A stretch of 64,000 bases of DNA from an uncultured Verrucomicrobiota bacterium (GTDB lineage: Bacteria > Verrucomicrobiota > Kiritimatiellia > CAIKKV01 > CAITUY01). Position numbers and translations under genes: made by a program. Position 1 is the stretch's first letter, and every line of letters begins with the position of its first letter. The stretch lies in NCBI GenBank assembly GCA_964611575.1, contig CAZTAJ010000004.1, positions 8,287 to 72,286 of the forward strand. The letters run 5' to 3'. The notes under the pieces are model-generated. The model was given only the letters and a program-made list of their open reading frames with translations. It had not been told where the DNA came from and searched no databases. Below are positions 1 to 9,673 of the stretch, one piece after another.

Positions 1-2472
1 GCGCAGTTTTTTGTAGCCTGGTTCAAGCGGGTAGATGCCCAAAACGTTCGTGGAGAGCGTCCACACAAGGCTTCCCCCCCACACGGGCGAAACCCAGGTG
101 AAGCCGGCGAGATTGCGATTGTCCATTTCCCACTCTTCGCCCGTATGCGTCGGAAAGTCCGATTTCTCAAGCATCGCCGCATATCGCCGGGCGGTCAATT
201 CGAACGCGTAATCAGTGGCACCGAGCTTAACCAATCCTTCGACCAGCCAATGGAAGTAATTGGGGCCGGGACAGATCAGTTCAAAGCGCGGCGACTGCCA
301 CCGCCTGCGATATTGCGAGACGGGCAGACCCAGTCCCGCACCTTTCTCCGCACTCCCGAAGACACTGTACTCTTCGGCGCTCCGATCCGTCAGCCGGCAG
401 CGGATCGACGCTTTGTGACCGTCATCGGCAATGTCGTACAGCACCGCCAGAGCGTTATCCAGTTCATTGTATATCGGTATCTGCTTCCCATCGATAACGC
501 TGTTTACGAATAGGCCGTTCTTGGAATTCCAGTGCAGACGCCGCAATGACTTCACCACCTGTTCTGCCAAGGCCCGCCAGTTTTCTGTGTCACCGGGCAA
601 GGACAGCAATGCCGCCAGTCTTTCCATGATCAGGAGCAGCCGATAATAATCGGCATTGGTCTTGAAATAGGCGCCGCGAAACTCACATTTCACCCAATCG
701 GCATACGAGCATTGCGGGATGTTATACACCAGGCCATGATCATCGCAATGGTCCAGGTAATAGCGCGCCGTCCGCACCAGGGCGGGATAATGCTCTCGGA
801 TGAAATCAATGTTGCCTGTATACTCGTAACGGCACCAGACGGCCTCGGCGTAAAAAGCCAGTTCGCTGACAACCTGGGGGGGATTAATGCTGACGGAAGA
901 CTTAAACTGGTCGCTTGACAAACCAAGGTCGCCGTAAGCCCCCAATATGAGCGGGAACGATCCGTCCGGCAACTGTGAACGCGTCGTCTGACGGAAATGC
1001 CAATCGATCACCGATTGGTAGCCGTATCCGGCGGTGAACGCCAGCGGCACCTGAAACCCTTCCGGGTAGATCGTGACAAATCGGTGCTCCCGATACGCAT
1101 CGGTGATCTGAGTGTCTTCAAAATGGAGTTGCGCAGTGTCGACTCCGGCTTTCCATAGTTTTGTCAGAATGGGATCCGAGCACGTGAAGCTTCCGACGCG
1201 ATCCGCTGGATACTCATAGCGACTGACCTGGACGGAATGAACCTGGATGGGGCGCGCGTTCTTCGCCACCAGCTCAAGGTAATCCCTCGACTTCGGTCCA
1301 CCCTGAACGGATAAATGGCAGGAGACATTGCGGAAGACGATTTGCAGGTAGCGGAAGCAGTGTTTCTCCCAGGTCTGCCAGACTTGCCGGCCTTCCCGGG
1401 CAATGCAGGCCGAGGCGAAATCCTGGTCCACTTCATATACCGGCACCCGCCCATCCACCAGTTGGGCGGAATATGTCATTTCGATCACCGCCCGTTCCGG
1501 AGCGTCAACATCGATCCGCGGAAAACCGCAGACCGGCCGGCCGAAGTCGAGGATGATGAACGGGTCGCGCGTCCCTTGCGCAGCGTTTTGGTTTGCGCCG
1601 TAGGTCAGGGGCAGGCTCTGAAAATGCGCCACGCCTTTGCCACCAAGGAGGGCTTTGACGTTTTCCGCTTTGGCGTAGCGCAGCGGATAGTGCGGCTCGT
1701 AGGCCAGCCGCATGCTCACGTGAATGTCTTTCACCGCGGTCCAGCTGGGATTCCAAATAAGCGCCCGCGCCTCGCCGACGGTGATGATGGCCTCCGGCAG
1801 CATCTCCTCTTCCTGCAGAAGCGGTGTCATTCGCGGCTCCAATAAGCTCCAGCACGAGGCACCGCTCCAGGGATCAATAAGTTTGGCGTAATCCCAGGAT
1901 GAGTCATTGAAATCGGGCTTCATCCAATCCGCCGGATCCTTCGTCGCATCGAAGATTTCAATCAGCCGACCATCCAGACCGTTTAAGAGCTCCTTGTCCC
2001 GGCGGTAGCCGGTCAGCGGCCGGGTTTTCCACGTCGCATCCGAACCGATGATTTTCTGCCCGTTCACCGTGGTCAGATGGGCCTCCGCCCAAAAACCGGC
2101 GCGCTGGCTAAAGGAGTAGGCGTTCTTGCATCCGTAGTGATACGCGAAAACAGCGATGACATTTTTACCGGGGCGCAGAAGCCCGTCGATGTCGTGCGTG
2201 TCGTAGGACGTCCAGTGCGGTCCGACGGAGCGCGCTGGTCCGCGCCCGACATACATGCCATTGATAAACAACCGATATTTATCGGCGGCAGTGATGTGGA
2301 TGACGGCGCCGGAAGACTTCTGTTTCAGGTTAAACTCCTTGCGCAACAGCAACGAATAATGAAACGGCGTGCCCTCGCCGTGATCCCAGATGAAGCGCCC
2401 CGTCCAGCTGCCAGGGTAGCCGCCGGATTTTGGTTTGCACCACACGCCAATCTGTTTTTTTTGTATAATCAT
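1..2472 (-). CDS. alpha-L-rhamnosidase-like glycoside hydrolase (GH78-like); 3' end runs off the window
   Basis: Uninterrupted reverse-strand frame from the ATG at 2472 to base 1 (824 codons). It is missing from the ORF track because no stop lies in the window. 'VIHITAADKYRLFINGMYVGRGPARS...GKNVIAVFAYHYG' looks like the rhamnosidase N-terminal beta-sandwich. 'FTCSDPILTKLWKAGVDT' looks like the start of the six-hairpin catalytic domain. No signal peptide. Confidence 0.6.
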   Translation of the reverse strand, partial: MIIQKKQIGVWCKPKSGGYPGSWTGRFIWDHGEGTPFHYSLLLRKEFNLKQKSSGAVIHITAADKYRLFINGMYVGRGPARSVGPHWTSYDTHDIDGLLRPGKNVIAVFAYHYGCKNAYSFSQRAGFWAEAHLTTVNGQKIIGSDATWKTRPLTGYRRDKELLNGLDGRLIEIFDATKDPADWMKPDFNDSSWDYAKLIDPWSGASCWSLLEPRMTPLLQEEEMLPEAIITVGEARALIWNPSWTAVKDIHVSMRLAYEPHYPLRYAKAENVKALLGGKGVAHFQSLPLTYGANQNAAQGTRDPFIILDFGRPVCGFPRIDVDAPERAVIEMTYSAQLVDGRVPVYEVDQDFASACIAREGRQVWQTWEKHCFRYLQIVFRNVSCHLSVQGGPKSRDYLELVAKNARPIQVHSVQVSRYEYPADRVGSFTCSDPILTKLWKAGVDTAQLHFEDTQITDAYREHRFVTIYPEGFQVPLAFTAGYGYQSVIDWHFRQTTRSQLPDGSFPLILGAYGDLGLSSDQFKSSVSINPPQVVSELAFYAEAVWCRYEYTGNIDFIREHYPALVRTARYYLDHCDDHGLVYNIPQCSYADWVKCEFRGAYFKTNADYYRLLLIMERLAALLSLPGDTENWRALAEQVVKSLRRLHWNSKNGLFVNSVIDGKQIPIYNELDNALAVLYDIADDGHKASIRCRLTDRSAEEYSVFGSAEKGAGLGLPVSQYRRRWQSPRFELICPGPNYFHWLVEGLVKLGATDYAFELTARRYAAMLEKSDFPTHTGEEWEMDNRNLAGFTWVSPVWGGSLVWTLSTNVLGIYPLEPGYKKLR

Positions 2473-2694
2473 TCTGTTATAGCCTTCTTCCTGATTCTGC
2501 GACTAAAAGTGCATTCGCGTTCATATGCGATTCATTTGATTTCACGGTTGCAGTTTGGTGTCTTGTTTGACATGAGGTGATGTTCCTTTCCATAAGATGG
2601 GCGGACTTCATAACTGCATCTTGCGCGTACTTTTTCCAATCTCCTGTTCACTCAAGCTCTGAACACGTTACGCCCCCGGTCACTTATTTCCTGC

Positions 2695-4005
2695 TCATGC
2701 GGAAAATGACCACCTCGCGCGGCTGAACGGCTTGTCCCCATCCCAGACGGGGACAATATCCAGAGCCTTGACCTCCACGTCGCCGGACGCCAGGCGGACG
2801 ACGGCGCGGTAGCTGGCGTCCTTGACGGACTCGCCGGGATTGCGGAACGCCACGTTGACGGCGAATTTCTTCTTGTTTTCGAAAATCAACGATTTCCGGT
2901 CGGGCGCGACGCGGATGAAGCAGTTCGGCGCCATGGCGTCCGCCGGGACGGGGGTGCGTTTGATCGGCTCGGCGCCGTTGACCACGTCGAGGCGGAACTC
3001 GCGCTCGACGATCTCCTGCGGAAGCGGGCTCTTGCCTTCATACGACCAGCGCAGCCGCACCCGCGCCCAGTAGGTGCCCTTCTCCTTCACGGGGAACTCG
3101 ATCCGCTGGGCGATCTGCAAAGGATAGGGAATGCCGTCGCTTTTCTCCCTCCAGTCCGTCTGGGTGAATTCGAAGCTCTTGCCGCCAACGAGAAACGGGG
3201 TGGCGTCATAACGATCGCGCAGTTCCCAGCTCAGATCGTAGCGCTTGCCGCCCCATTTTCCCAGATGGGCCGGCGTAAGGAACGGAAGGGGATCGAGTTC
3301 GCCGAAACTCTCGACGTCGCGGAACTGGTAGTACAACGGCGCGGCGCGCGGGTCGAGCCGGGTCATGGCGAAGTTGCGGAAGAAGAACTCGGTGAACTTG
3401 CCGCCCTGGTGGCTGCCGATGAAGCGCAGCCCCAGCAGCGTGTAGGGCGGCTTCGGGGCGATGTTCGGCGCCGGGCCTTCGAGCGTCGCGCCGGCAGCCG
3501 GCTCCGGCTTGGGTCGCCCGAAGCCCGGCGTGGTGAAGCGCTCCTCGCGGACACGCCGCGAGAATTGTTCCGGCGAGAACCACCCCTTATTGAACGAGAA
3601 CCAGGAACTGGTGTGGAAGGCAAACTCCTTGCCAGTCGAGTCCCGCGCCAGAACCTTGATCCAAAGACTGGAAGGCGCACCGTTGTTGCCGCAGAGGAAG
3701 GTGAAGCCCGTGACGTCCCCGGGCATGGGCACCGGCTCCTTCAAGCGCAGTTCGCCAATATGGTTTTCGGCGCAGTCAAAACGGACCAGGATCGCGCCGC
3801 TGGCGGGTGAGAAACAGTCGAAGGTGAACGGTGCCCCCCCTTGCGGAGTGGCTGTCCAAGTCACCGCATCGCCCAGGGCCGGCAGCGGCCATACCTGCGG
3901 TTCATCCGTGCCTGCGGCCGACAGGACCGGGGCCGCGGCGCCAGCCAAAACCAGGAGCGCCGTTCCCATTCCCTGCAATCGCTTGAGTAGCTTCATCTTG
4001 TTCAT
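2695..4005 (-). CDS. secreted hypothetical protein
   Basis: ORF 2695..4077. The internal ATG at 4005 gives 'MNKMKLLKRLQGMGTALLVLAGAAAPVLSAAG', a classical signal peptide. Composition is coding-like and no family was recognised. Confidence 0.6.
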   Translation of the reverse strand: MNKMKLLKRLQGMGTALLVLAGAAAPVLSAAGTDEPQVWPLPALGDAVTWTATPQGGAPFTFDCFSPASGAILVRFDCAENHIGELRLKEPVPMPGDVTGFTFLCGNNGAPSSLWIKVLARDSTGKEFAFHTSSWFSFNKGWFSPEQFSRRVREERFTTPGFGRPKPEPAAGATLEGPAPNIAPKPPYTLLGLRFIGSHQGGKFTEFFFRNFAMTRLDPRAAPLYYQFRDVESFGELDPLPFLTPAHLGKWGGKRYDLSWELRDRYDATPFLVGGKSFEFTQTDWREKSDGIPYPLQIAQRIEFPVKEKGTYWARVRLRWSYEGKSPLPQEIVEREFRLDVVNGAEPIKRTPVPADAMAPNCFIRVAPDRKSLIFENKKKFAVNVAFRNPGESVKDASYRAVVRLASGDVEVKALDIVPVWDGDKPFSRARWSFSA

Positions 4006-4259
4006 AGGACATCCACTGGCATCCCATGGGGACGCGGAGTAATGGAGTACGGGAGGATTGGGGTGTTGCCAGACCATGAATTACACATTCTATTCACCCT
4101 TACGCGGAACAAGGGATTTCCGATATCCATGGTTTGCAGATCAGCCGATTCTGCTTGGCCTGTTTGTCCCAATACTCCATCACTCCACTATTCCATGGGA
4201 TGCTATTGTAGGACATCCATTCTTCTACCATGCTCGTTCGCATAGCAAGCCGCCACAGT

Positions 4260-5900
4260 TCACGGCGGCACAACCACGGAACTGTTCAGATACACGGCAA
4301 AACCGCTTCCGTTGCTGCCAGCATGCACCTTGATCATCACCTCGTTGTCCCCTTGATGCAGTTCAACCGGAAACATAACGGGCGCCATCGGATGGCCGTG
4401 ATTGCCATCGACCGTCTTTGCCAGTTTGCCGTTGATCCACACCTTTGCGAAGTAATCCAGCCGCAACCCGGCCTCGACTGTGCCGCCGGCGGTGCGTTTC
4501 ACCACGGTGCGGGCATAGCATACGCCGCGATCCCGCCATCCGCCCAAGCGGACGAAATCGACGAAGGCGCCATCGCCTGCCACCGGCTTCCAGTCGGCGT
4601 AGGGGCCGGTTTCCGGTCCGAACGCGCGCTTGAAATCGTCAGTTGGGATCCCACCGCGTGTTTTTTCAGCGCCGCCGAACGGCCCGCACCATTCCCATTT
4701 CGCCGCCGGGACCGGATCGAACAGGCGCATGGCCTGCGCCCGCAGATCGACATCGCCTTGCGGCGCCCGATCGCCTGTCGCCCGGGATTCACCGGCCACC
4801 AGCACATACCCAAGGTAAACGGGCGCCACTCCGCCATCAAACGGCCGGGCGGTGACCACCCGTACAAGGTGTTCCGCCGGCGCCAGGTCGCTGCCGATCG
4901 TCACGGAAGTATAGCCGTCACGGAACCCCGCATCCTGCATCACGGGCTGGCCTCCGTCCACATTCACATAGAACGGGCCATAGTGCCCGGCGTCCAGCGG
5001 GTAGAGCAGCCCGATCTCGGTGGCCCGAACATTCAGCGTCAGCATGGTCCCCGGCTCGCTGGCGCCAATGAAGCCCTCCGGGAAGAAGCGTGTCCACCAA
5101 GCCGGCACGGTTGCTTCACGGGACCACCCGGGCTGTGGCGCAAGGGGGATCATCCGTCCGTCAAGGATCAGCGGCCGTTTGCTCAGGGGAGGCGGCAGCG
5201 GAGGCGACAGCGCTTCGGATGGCTTGCCTTTGGCGGCGCGGACGACAAACGGCTCCAGCGCCGCGGCAATGGCCTCGGCGTAAAGCGCATGGCCCTTCGC
5301 ATTGGGATGAACATCGTCCGTCATCAGGTCCGCCCACACCCCGCCGGTCTTCTTCAGACGTTCGTCCACAACGCGTTGGAGGTTGATGGAGAGCAACCCA
5401 TAGTGCGCAGCGACCCGTTCGTGCCGGGCATGGTTGGGGCTGTCGCGTTCCGCGGCGTTGACGATGACCACGGCGGGGGGATCGGGTAGCGTCTTGAGCC
5501 GGACCACAAGGCTTTCCATGGACCGGATGACATCCGCATCATCGCCACCCCGGTCGTTCACGGCAAACTCGATCATCACCAGATCAGGCTGCTTGTCGAT
5601 GACATCACGCCCGAGGCGGAAAACCCCCAGCCCACTGCCCGTGCCGCTCATGCCGGCATTGTGCATATCGCCCGTGGCGCCGGGGAACCGCTCGCGCAGC
5701 CAGGGTCCGATCCAGCCGCCGCCGGCCTGGGTGATCGACCCGCCCATGGCCACCGCCCGCAAAGGCCGACCGGCCTGAGCGCGGGCGAATACCGGCAGCA
5801 GGTCGTCGCCCGCTCCCATTGCATGTGTCGCCGCCAACAGAAGAGCCGGGAACCAGACAACCAGCCCGGATAACAAACGGTAAAACCCATCACGTCTCAT
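4260..5900 (-). CDS. secreted SGNH/GDSL-family esterase with C-terminal beta-sandwich domain (probable carbohydrate acetylesterase)
   Basis: Signal peptide 'LVVWFPALLLAATHAMG'. SGNH blocks are present: 'VAMGGSITQ', 'GMSGTGS', 'EFAVND' and 'DDVHPNAKGH'. About 300 further residues follow. Confidence 0.75.
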   Translation of the reverse strand: MRRDGFYRLLSGLVVWFPALLLAATHAMGAGDDLLPVFARAQAGRPLRAVAMGGSITQAGGGWIGPWLRERFPGATGDMHNAGMSGTGSGLGVFRLGRDVIDKQPDLVMIEFAVNDRGGDDADVIRSMESLVVRLKTLPDPPAVVIVNAAERDSPNHARHERVAAHYGLLSINLQRVVDERLKKTGGVWADLMTDDVHPNAKGHALYAEAIAAALEPFVVRAAKGKPSEALSPPLPPPLSKRPLILDGRMIPLAPQPGWSREATVPAWWTRFFPEGFIGASEPGTMLTLNVRATEIGLLYPLDAGHYGPFYVNVDGGQPVMQDAGFRDGYTSVTIGSDLAPAEHLVRVVTARPFDGGVAPVYLGYVLVAGESRATGDRAPQGDVDLRAQAMRLFDPVPAAKWEWCGPFGGAEKTRGGIPTDDFKRAFGPETGPYADWKPVAGDGAFVDFVRLGGWRDRGVCYARTVVKRTAGGTVEAGLRLDYFAKVWINGKLAKTVDGNHGHPMAPVMFPVELHQGDNEVMIKVHAGSNGSGFAVYLNSSVVVPP

Positions 5901-6026
5901 AATCGCACCTCAAAAGAATGGTACAGTGTGCCAGTAACCATCAGATCCATAAGCGCGCGCTCGAACCCGCGAATGTCGCACAGACGGAGCATCTTCACAG
6001 GGCACCCTGCCTCCCAAGGCGCCCGT

Positions 6027-7106
6027 TCACTCGTACTTGCGCACATAGTCCAGATAGTATCGGAACTTCTCCAGGGACACGTTCGGCGGAACCGTATGAT
6101 CCAGGCATGGCACGAACCGGCCGCGGGACAGAAAATGCGGCAGAACGCGGTCCACCTCCCGCTCGATGTCCCTGAAGCTGCCGGCGAGCGCGCGCTTGTC
6201 GAGCCCCCCCATAATGGCCAACTCCGGATACTGCCGACCGATGGCGACCACGTCCATGCCGGCCTGAACTTCGAACGGCATCAGACTGTCAACGCCCGCC
6301 TCCATGAACAAGGGGATCAGTTTCAGGCAGTCGCCGTCCGTATCCACGATAATCGCCTCGATGCCGCAGGAACGGGCCACCGCGATCACTTCCCGGTAGC
6401 GGGGCAACATGAACCGGCGAACGGCCTCTGGACTGATCAGCGGACCCGACTTGTAGCACATATCCTCCCAAATCAGGATGGCATCCACGCGCACGATGCC
6501 GGTCACGTGCCGGATCAGTTCCGTATACAGATCCCGCCAGTTTTCAAGGATCTCCTCCAGCAGTGCGGGATCGTCATACATCAGGTAGGAGAGATTCTCA
6601 TCCCCGAACAGGTTGCGCGGATGCCCGAACGCGCCGCACATGTGCATCAGACTCGGGACTGACGGGTCTCCCGCCACCGCCCTGAGCGCCGCGGCATCGC
6701 CCACGCGATTCGGCGCATCGGCCGGGTTCAACCGATGCCGGAGCACAGCCCAGTCCGCGCGATCGGTCACCGGGAACTTAAGGAACTGGGGCATGGAGGT
6801 GTCGCCGTGCTGGACAAAGACCTTCTTGGTTATGCCATCCCCGTCCACAAACGTCCGACACCCAGCACTTTCCTCCAGGATCTTCTCCGTAAACGCGGGG
6901 CAATACGGTGAGGCCACGTAACCCGACTGGATGGGAAGCTTGACCAAGGGATCCATGTCGAAATAGCGATCGAAACGCACGTCGGAAGGGTAGCCCTCGC
7001 CAAGCCAGCGCTCACGTGTGCTGGGCCATGGCCCATGGTCATAGCGCAAGAACCGGTCAAGCGTTCCGCCCCGGAAGGAGCGCAGAAAACGATCACGAGA
7101 CGTCAT
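6027..7106 (-). CDS. uroporphyrinogen-decarboxylase (URO-D)-like family protein
   Basis: ATG at 7106 preceded by GGAGG. The size (359 aa) and C-terminal 'RGRFVPCLDHTVPPNVSLEKFRYYLDYVRKY' are typical of URO-D/MtaA-like TIM-barrel proteins found in glycan loci. No signal peptide. Confidence 0.55.
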   Translation of the reverse strand: MTSRDRFLRSFRGGTLDRFLRYDHGPWPSTRERWLGEGYPSDVRFDRYFDMDPLVKLPIQSGYVASPYCPAFTEKILEESAGCRTFVDGDGITKKVFVQHGDTSMPQFLKFPVTDRADWAVLRHRLNPADAPNRVGDAAALRAVAGDPSVPSLMHMCGAFGHPRNLFGDENLSYLMYDDPALLEEILENWRDLYTELIRHVTGIVRVDAILIWEDMCYKSGPLISPEAVRRFMLPRYREVIAVARSCGIEAIIVDTDGDCLKLIPLFMEAGVDSLMPFEVQAGMDVVAIGRQYPELAIMGGLDKRALAGSFRDIEREVDRVLPHFLSRGRFVPCLDHTVPPNVSLEKFRYYLDYVRKYE

Positions 7107-7211
7107 CTCATTCCTCCTTCCTGCACCCTTGGCGGCGGCTGCAGGGCCTCAGCGTTCCCACGCATCCGTCGTCAAACGTTCTCTCACAGCCCCGTCATCC
7201 CCGCGCAGCGC

Positions 7212-9440
7212 TCAGGAGTCCCGCTGAACAGCGGGAAAACACGTGAATCGTTCCTGGTCGAGGGTCCAGTAGTGGACGTAGCGAAGATCGGGAAGCCCGT
7301 TCACAGGGTACGCGAAGGGATTGCCCGCGGCCGGCGTCGGCAGACCCGCCAGCTCCCGCGGATGCACCGGCAGCCGGGCGCCTTCCGGGAAGCCGTCGCC
7401 TTCGCCCACCAACGCCAGCAGGATCGGTCCGTACAAAAGCGCATAGCGGTCCACATTGTCCTTGAGTTGATCCAGCCCCTGGTACTGGACCGCCTTGAAG
7501 CCCATCGGCAGCCTGAAGGCGATCGTCTCGCCATCGCCCCACAGGCGCTCGATCGAACAGTAGCTGCCCGGCTTTCCCGTCGCCACCGGCTTGCCGCCGA
7601 CGGTGAACGTCACAGGGCCGGTCGCCCAGGAAGGGACCCGGATCCTCAGATCCAGGCGCGTCGGCGCCGGCGCGCAGACCCGGATGGAGACGTCGCCACT
7701 GACAGGGAAGTCGGCGGTCATGACCAGCCGCGCTCCGCTGCCCAACACGATTTCGGACGAGGCGTAGAGATTCACAAACACCGCGTCGCCGGCCAGGGAG
7801 TAGATGTACTCCGGCAGCCGGCCGATTAGGCCGACGGCGGCGACTTCGCAGCAGGTTCCGGTACATTGCGCCTCCGTCTTCCGGTCGTGGAGCCGGTTGT
7901 GATAACGGATAAACCCGCGGCGATCCTGGGCGGCGGCGATGATATTGTAGAGCGCTTCCTCGATTTCGGCGGCAAAACGTTCCTCCGTGGGAAACAACTG
8001 CAAGAGCTTCTGGTTGACGTAAATCCAGAACACGCTCCCGCAGGTCTCACCCATCGTCTTGTCCGCAAAATAGTATGATTTCGGCGGATAGACCTCGTGA
8101 CTCTCCATGATCGCCGTGGCGCCGCCGATGTGCTTGAAGTGGTTCCGGTACACGTCCCAACCGCCCAGGACCGCGTCGAGACATTCCCGGTCGCCGGTGG
8201 CCCGGTACGCATCGATGTACATTTCCAGGCCAAGCAGGTCGTAACAGTGCGGCCGTTCGCCGGGGTAATGACTCAGCGCGAGCGGTTGCCGGAGAGCGAG
8301 TTCCCGCTTCCAGAAGTCCTGATCGTAGTAGCGCAGCGTCGTGACCAGATCCCGGCTGACTCCGGCCGGAGACAGGTAAGTCAGCGGGCCGCCCGGCATG
8401 CCGTTGGTGGCATTGCCGCCGAACAGGATATCGGCCAGATAGGGCGATGCATTGAACCAGTCGTACAGGCGACGAAGCAGCCCGTACGCCTTGGCATTGC
8501 CCGCCTGACCGGCCGCCAGCATGCCGCGGGTCCAGAACACGCGGTCATAGTTCTTCCGTTCGCTGTTGCCGCCGTAATTCAGACCGTAGGAGTCCTGCTC
8601 GGGATAGTAGTTGTAGTACCCGTCGTCGCGCATGCGCTGCCCGATCGCATCCACGATCTTATCGACGATGGCGCGCAGGTCCTCGCGCTCGCCCCAGCGC
8701 AGGGTGTGACCCGCGCCGGCGAGGAGTCGCCCCTCGATCGAGGCGGGCAGCCAGGCGCTCCAGCCCACCCCATCCACGTAGGTGGGGCTGGCGAAGCTGT
8801 GATTGAGGTAGTCGATGTTCCGCTCCATGAGCGTCTTGAGGACCCCCGCACCCATCGTCACGCCCCGTTCAGGCGCCTGGGCGCCGGGCGCGACCGGCGA
8901 CCACTCTTCCGGCTTAAGATACCGCTTCGTGCCCGTGCGCATCCGGGCCAGGTCAGTGTGCATCGCGTGGCTGATTTCAAGCGGATAGCTGACCGGCTCG
9001 ACAGCCTCGACGGCCGTGACCTCCTGGTAGCAGTCGGCCGCCTGGGGGTTGCGGTCTTTTTTCACCACGACGCGCAGGATATGAAGGCGGTCTCCCCCAA
9101 TGCCGCTCTTCTCGAACTTGACGACATCCTCCCGGAGGCACTCGGCATAGTTGTCAACCGTTCCCTGAAACTCTCCGTCCACATAGACGTCCGCGCAACC
9201 GTGATCGGGGCCCTGCGTCCCGATCCAACGCACCGTGGGGCCCCGGAAGCAGAACTCAAAGGCGCTGAACTGAGTGCGGCAGCGATGCCCGCACTCACGC
9301 GGCACGCCGGGCACGTCTTGTCCCTTCACCGCCCGCCAATCGCCGAAATAGAGGATCGTATCTTCCGCTGGAATGCGGCGCATCGCCAATGCGTCAACGC
9401 GGGCGTCATGCTGGGTTCTCTTCAGGGTGTCAGGTGTCAT
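7212..9440 (-). CDS. GH127-like (DUF1680) beta-L-arabinofuranosidase family protein
   Basis: ATG at 9440 with an AAGGAG RBS. 'MGETCGSVFW' (E-x-C) followed about 75 aa later by 'TGTCCEVAAVG' (CC) matches the Glu/Cys3 Zn-site spacing of GH127. An extra N-terminal domain of about 150 aa is present. Confidence 0.7.
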   Translation of the reverse strand: MTPDTLKRTQHDARVDALAMRRIPAEDTILYFGDWRAVKGQDVPGVPRECGHRCRTQFSAFEFCFRGPTVRWIGTQGPDHGCADVYVDGEFQGTVDNYAECLREDVVKFEKSGIGGDRLHILRVVVKKDRNPQAADCYQEVTAVEAVEPVSYPLEISHAMHTDLARMRTGTKRYLKPEEWSPVAPGAQAPERGVTMGAGVLKTLMERNIDYLNHSFASPTYVDGVGWSAWLPASIEGRLLAGAGHTLRWGEREDLRAIVDKIVDAIGQRMRDDGYYNYYPEQDSYGLNYGGNSERKNYDRVFWTRGMLAAGQAGNAKAYGLLRRLYDWFNASPYLADILFGGNATNGMPGGPLTYLSPAGVSRDLVTTLRYYDQDFWKRELALRQPLALSHYPGERPHCYDLLGLEMYIDAYRATGDRECLDAVLGGWDVYRNHFKHIGGATAIMESHEVYPPKSYYFADKTMGETCGSVFWIYVNQKLLQLFPTEERFAAEIEEALYNIIAAAQDRRGFIRYHNRLHDRKTEAQCTGTCCEVAAVGLIGRLPEYIYSLAGDAVFVNLYASSEIVLGSGARLVMTADFPVSGDVSIRVCAPAPTRLDLRIRVPSWATGPVTFTVGGKPVATGKPGSYCSIERLWGDGETIAFRLPMGFKAVQYQGLDQLKDNVDRYALLYGPILLALVGEGDGFPEGARLPVHPRELAGLPTPAAGNPFAYPVNGLPDLRYVHYWTLDQERFTCFPAVQRDS

Positions 9441-9535
9441 TCCACTATCTCCTTCATACGATCATGTTGTCTGGCCGCAAACGAAATTGCCAGGTTTGTC
9501 TTTACGGTTCAGTGGCGTCCCATAGGACACCGAGA

Positions 9536-9563
9536 CTGTAGGCTATAGGCTGTAGACTGTAGG
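9536..9563. repeat. four tandem heptamers CTGTAGG/CTATAGG/CTGTAGA/CTGTAGG
   Basis: Read directly in the 9441-9673 intergenic region upstream of the GH127-like gene. An inverted copy, CCTACAGCC, lies at 9624-9632. Confidence 0.7.
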
Positions 9564-9649
9564 AAACCCAATGTGCTCAAAGGCATTAAAATGATTCCTT
9601 GATTCCGTGTTTGTTCGTATTTACCTACAGCCTAAACCGCTTCAGCCTT

Positions 9650-9668
9650 GGCGTCCCTGTGGGACGCC
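9650..9668 (-). terminator. stem-loop directly after the stop of the 9674..12184 gene
   Basis: GGCGTCCC-tgt-GGGACGCC is a perfect 8-bp stem, 6 nt downstream of the stop at 9674. No U-tract follows. Confidence 0.35.
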
Positions 9669-9673
9669 AGTAT

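Noticed and set aside
145-2580. Small plus- and minus-strand ORFs (145-513, 1315-1845, 2077-2580 and others) listed where the track shows no long gene.
   Set aside because: The region is fully covered by an 824-codon reverse-strand frame with rhamnosidase-like motifs. That frame is open to the window edge, so the small ORFs are shadows.
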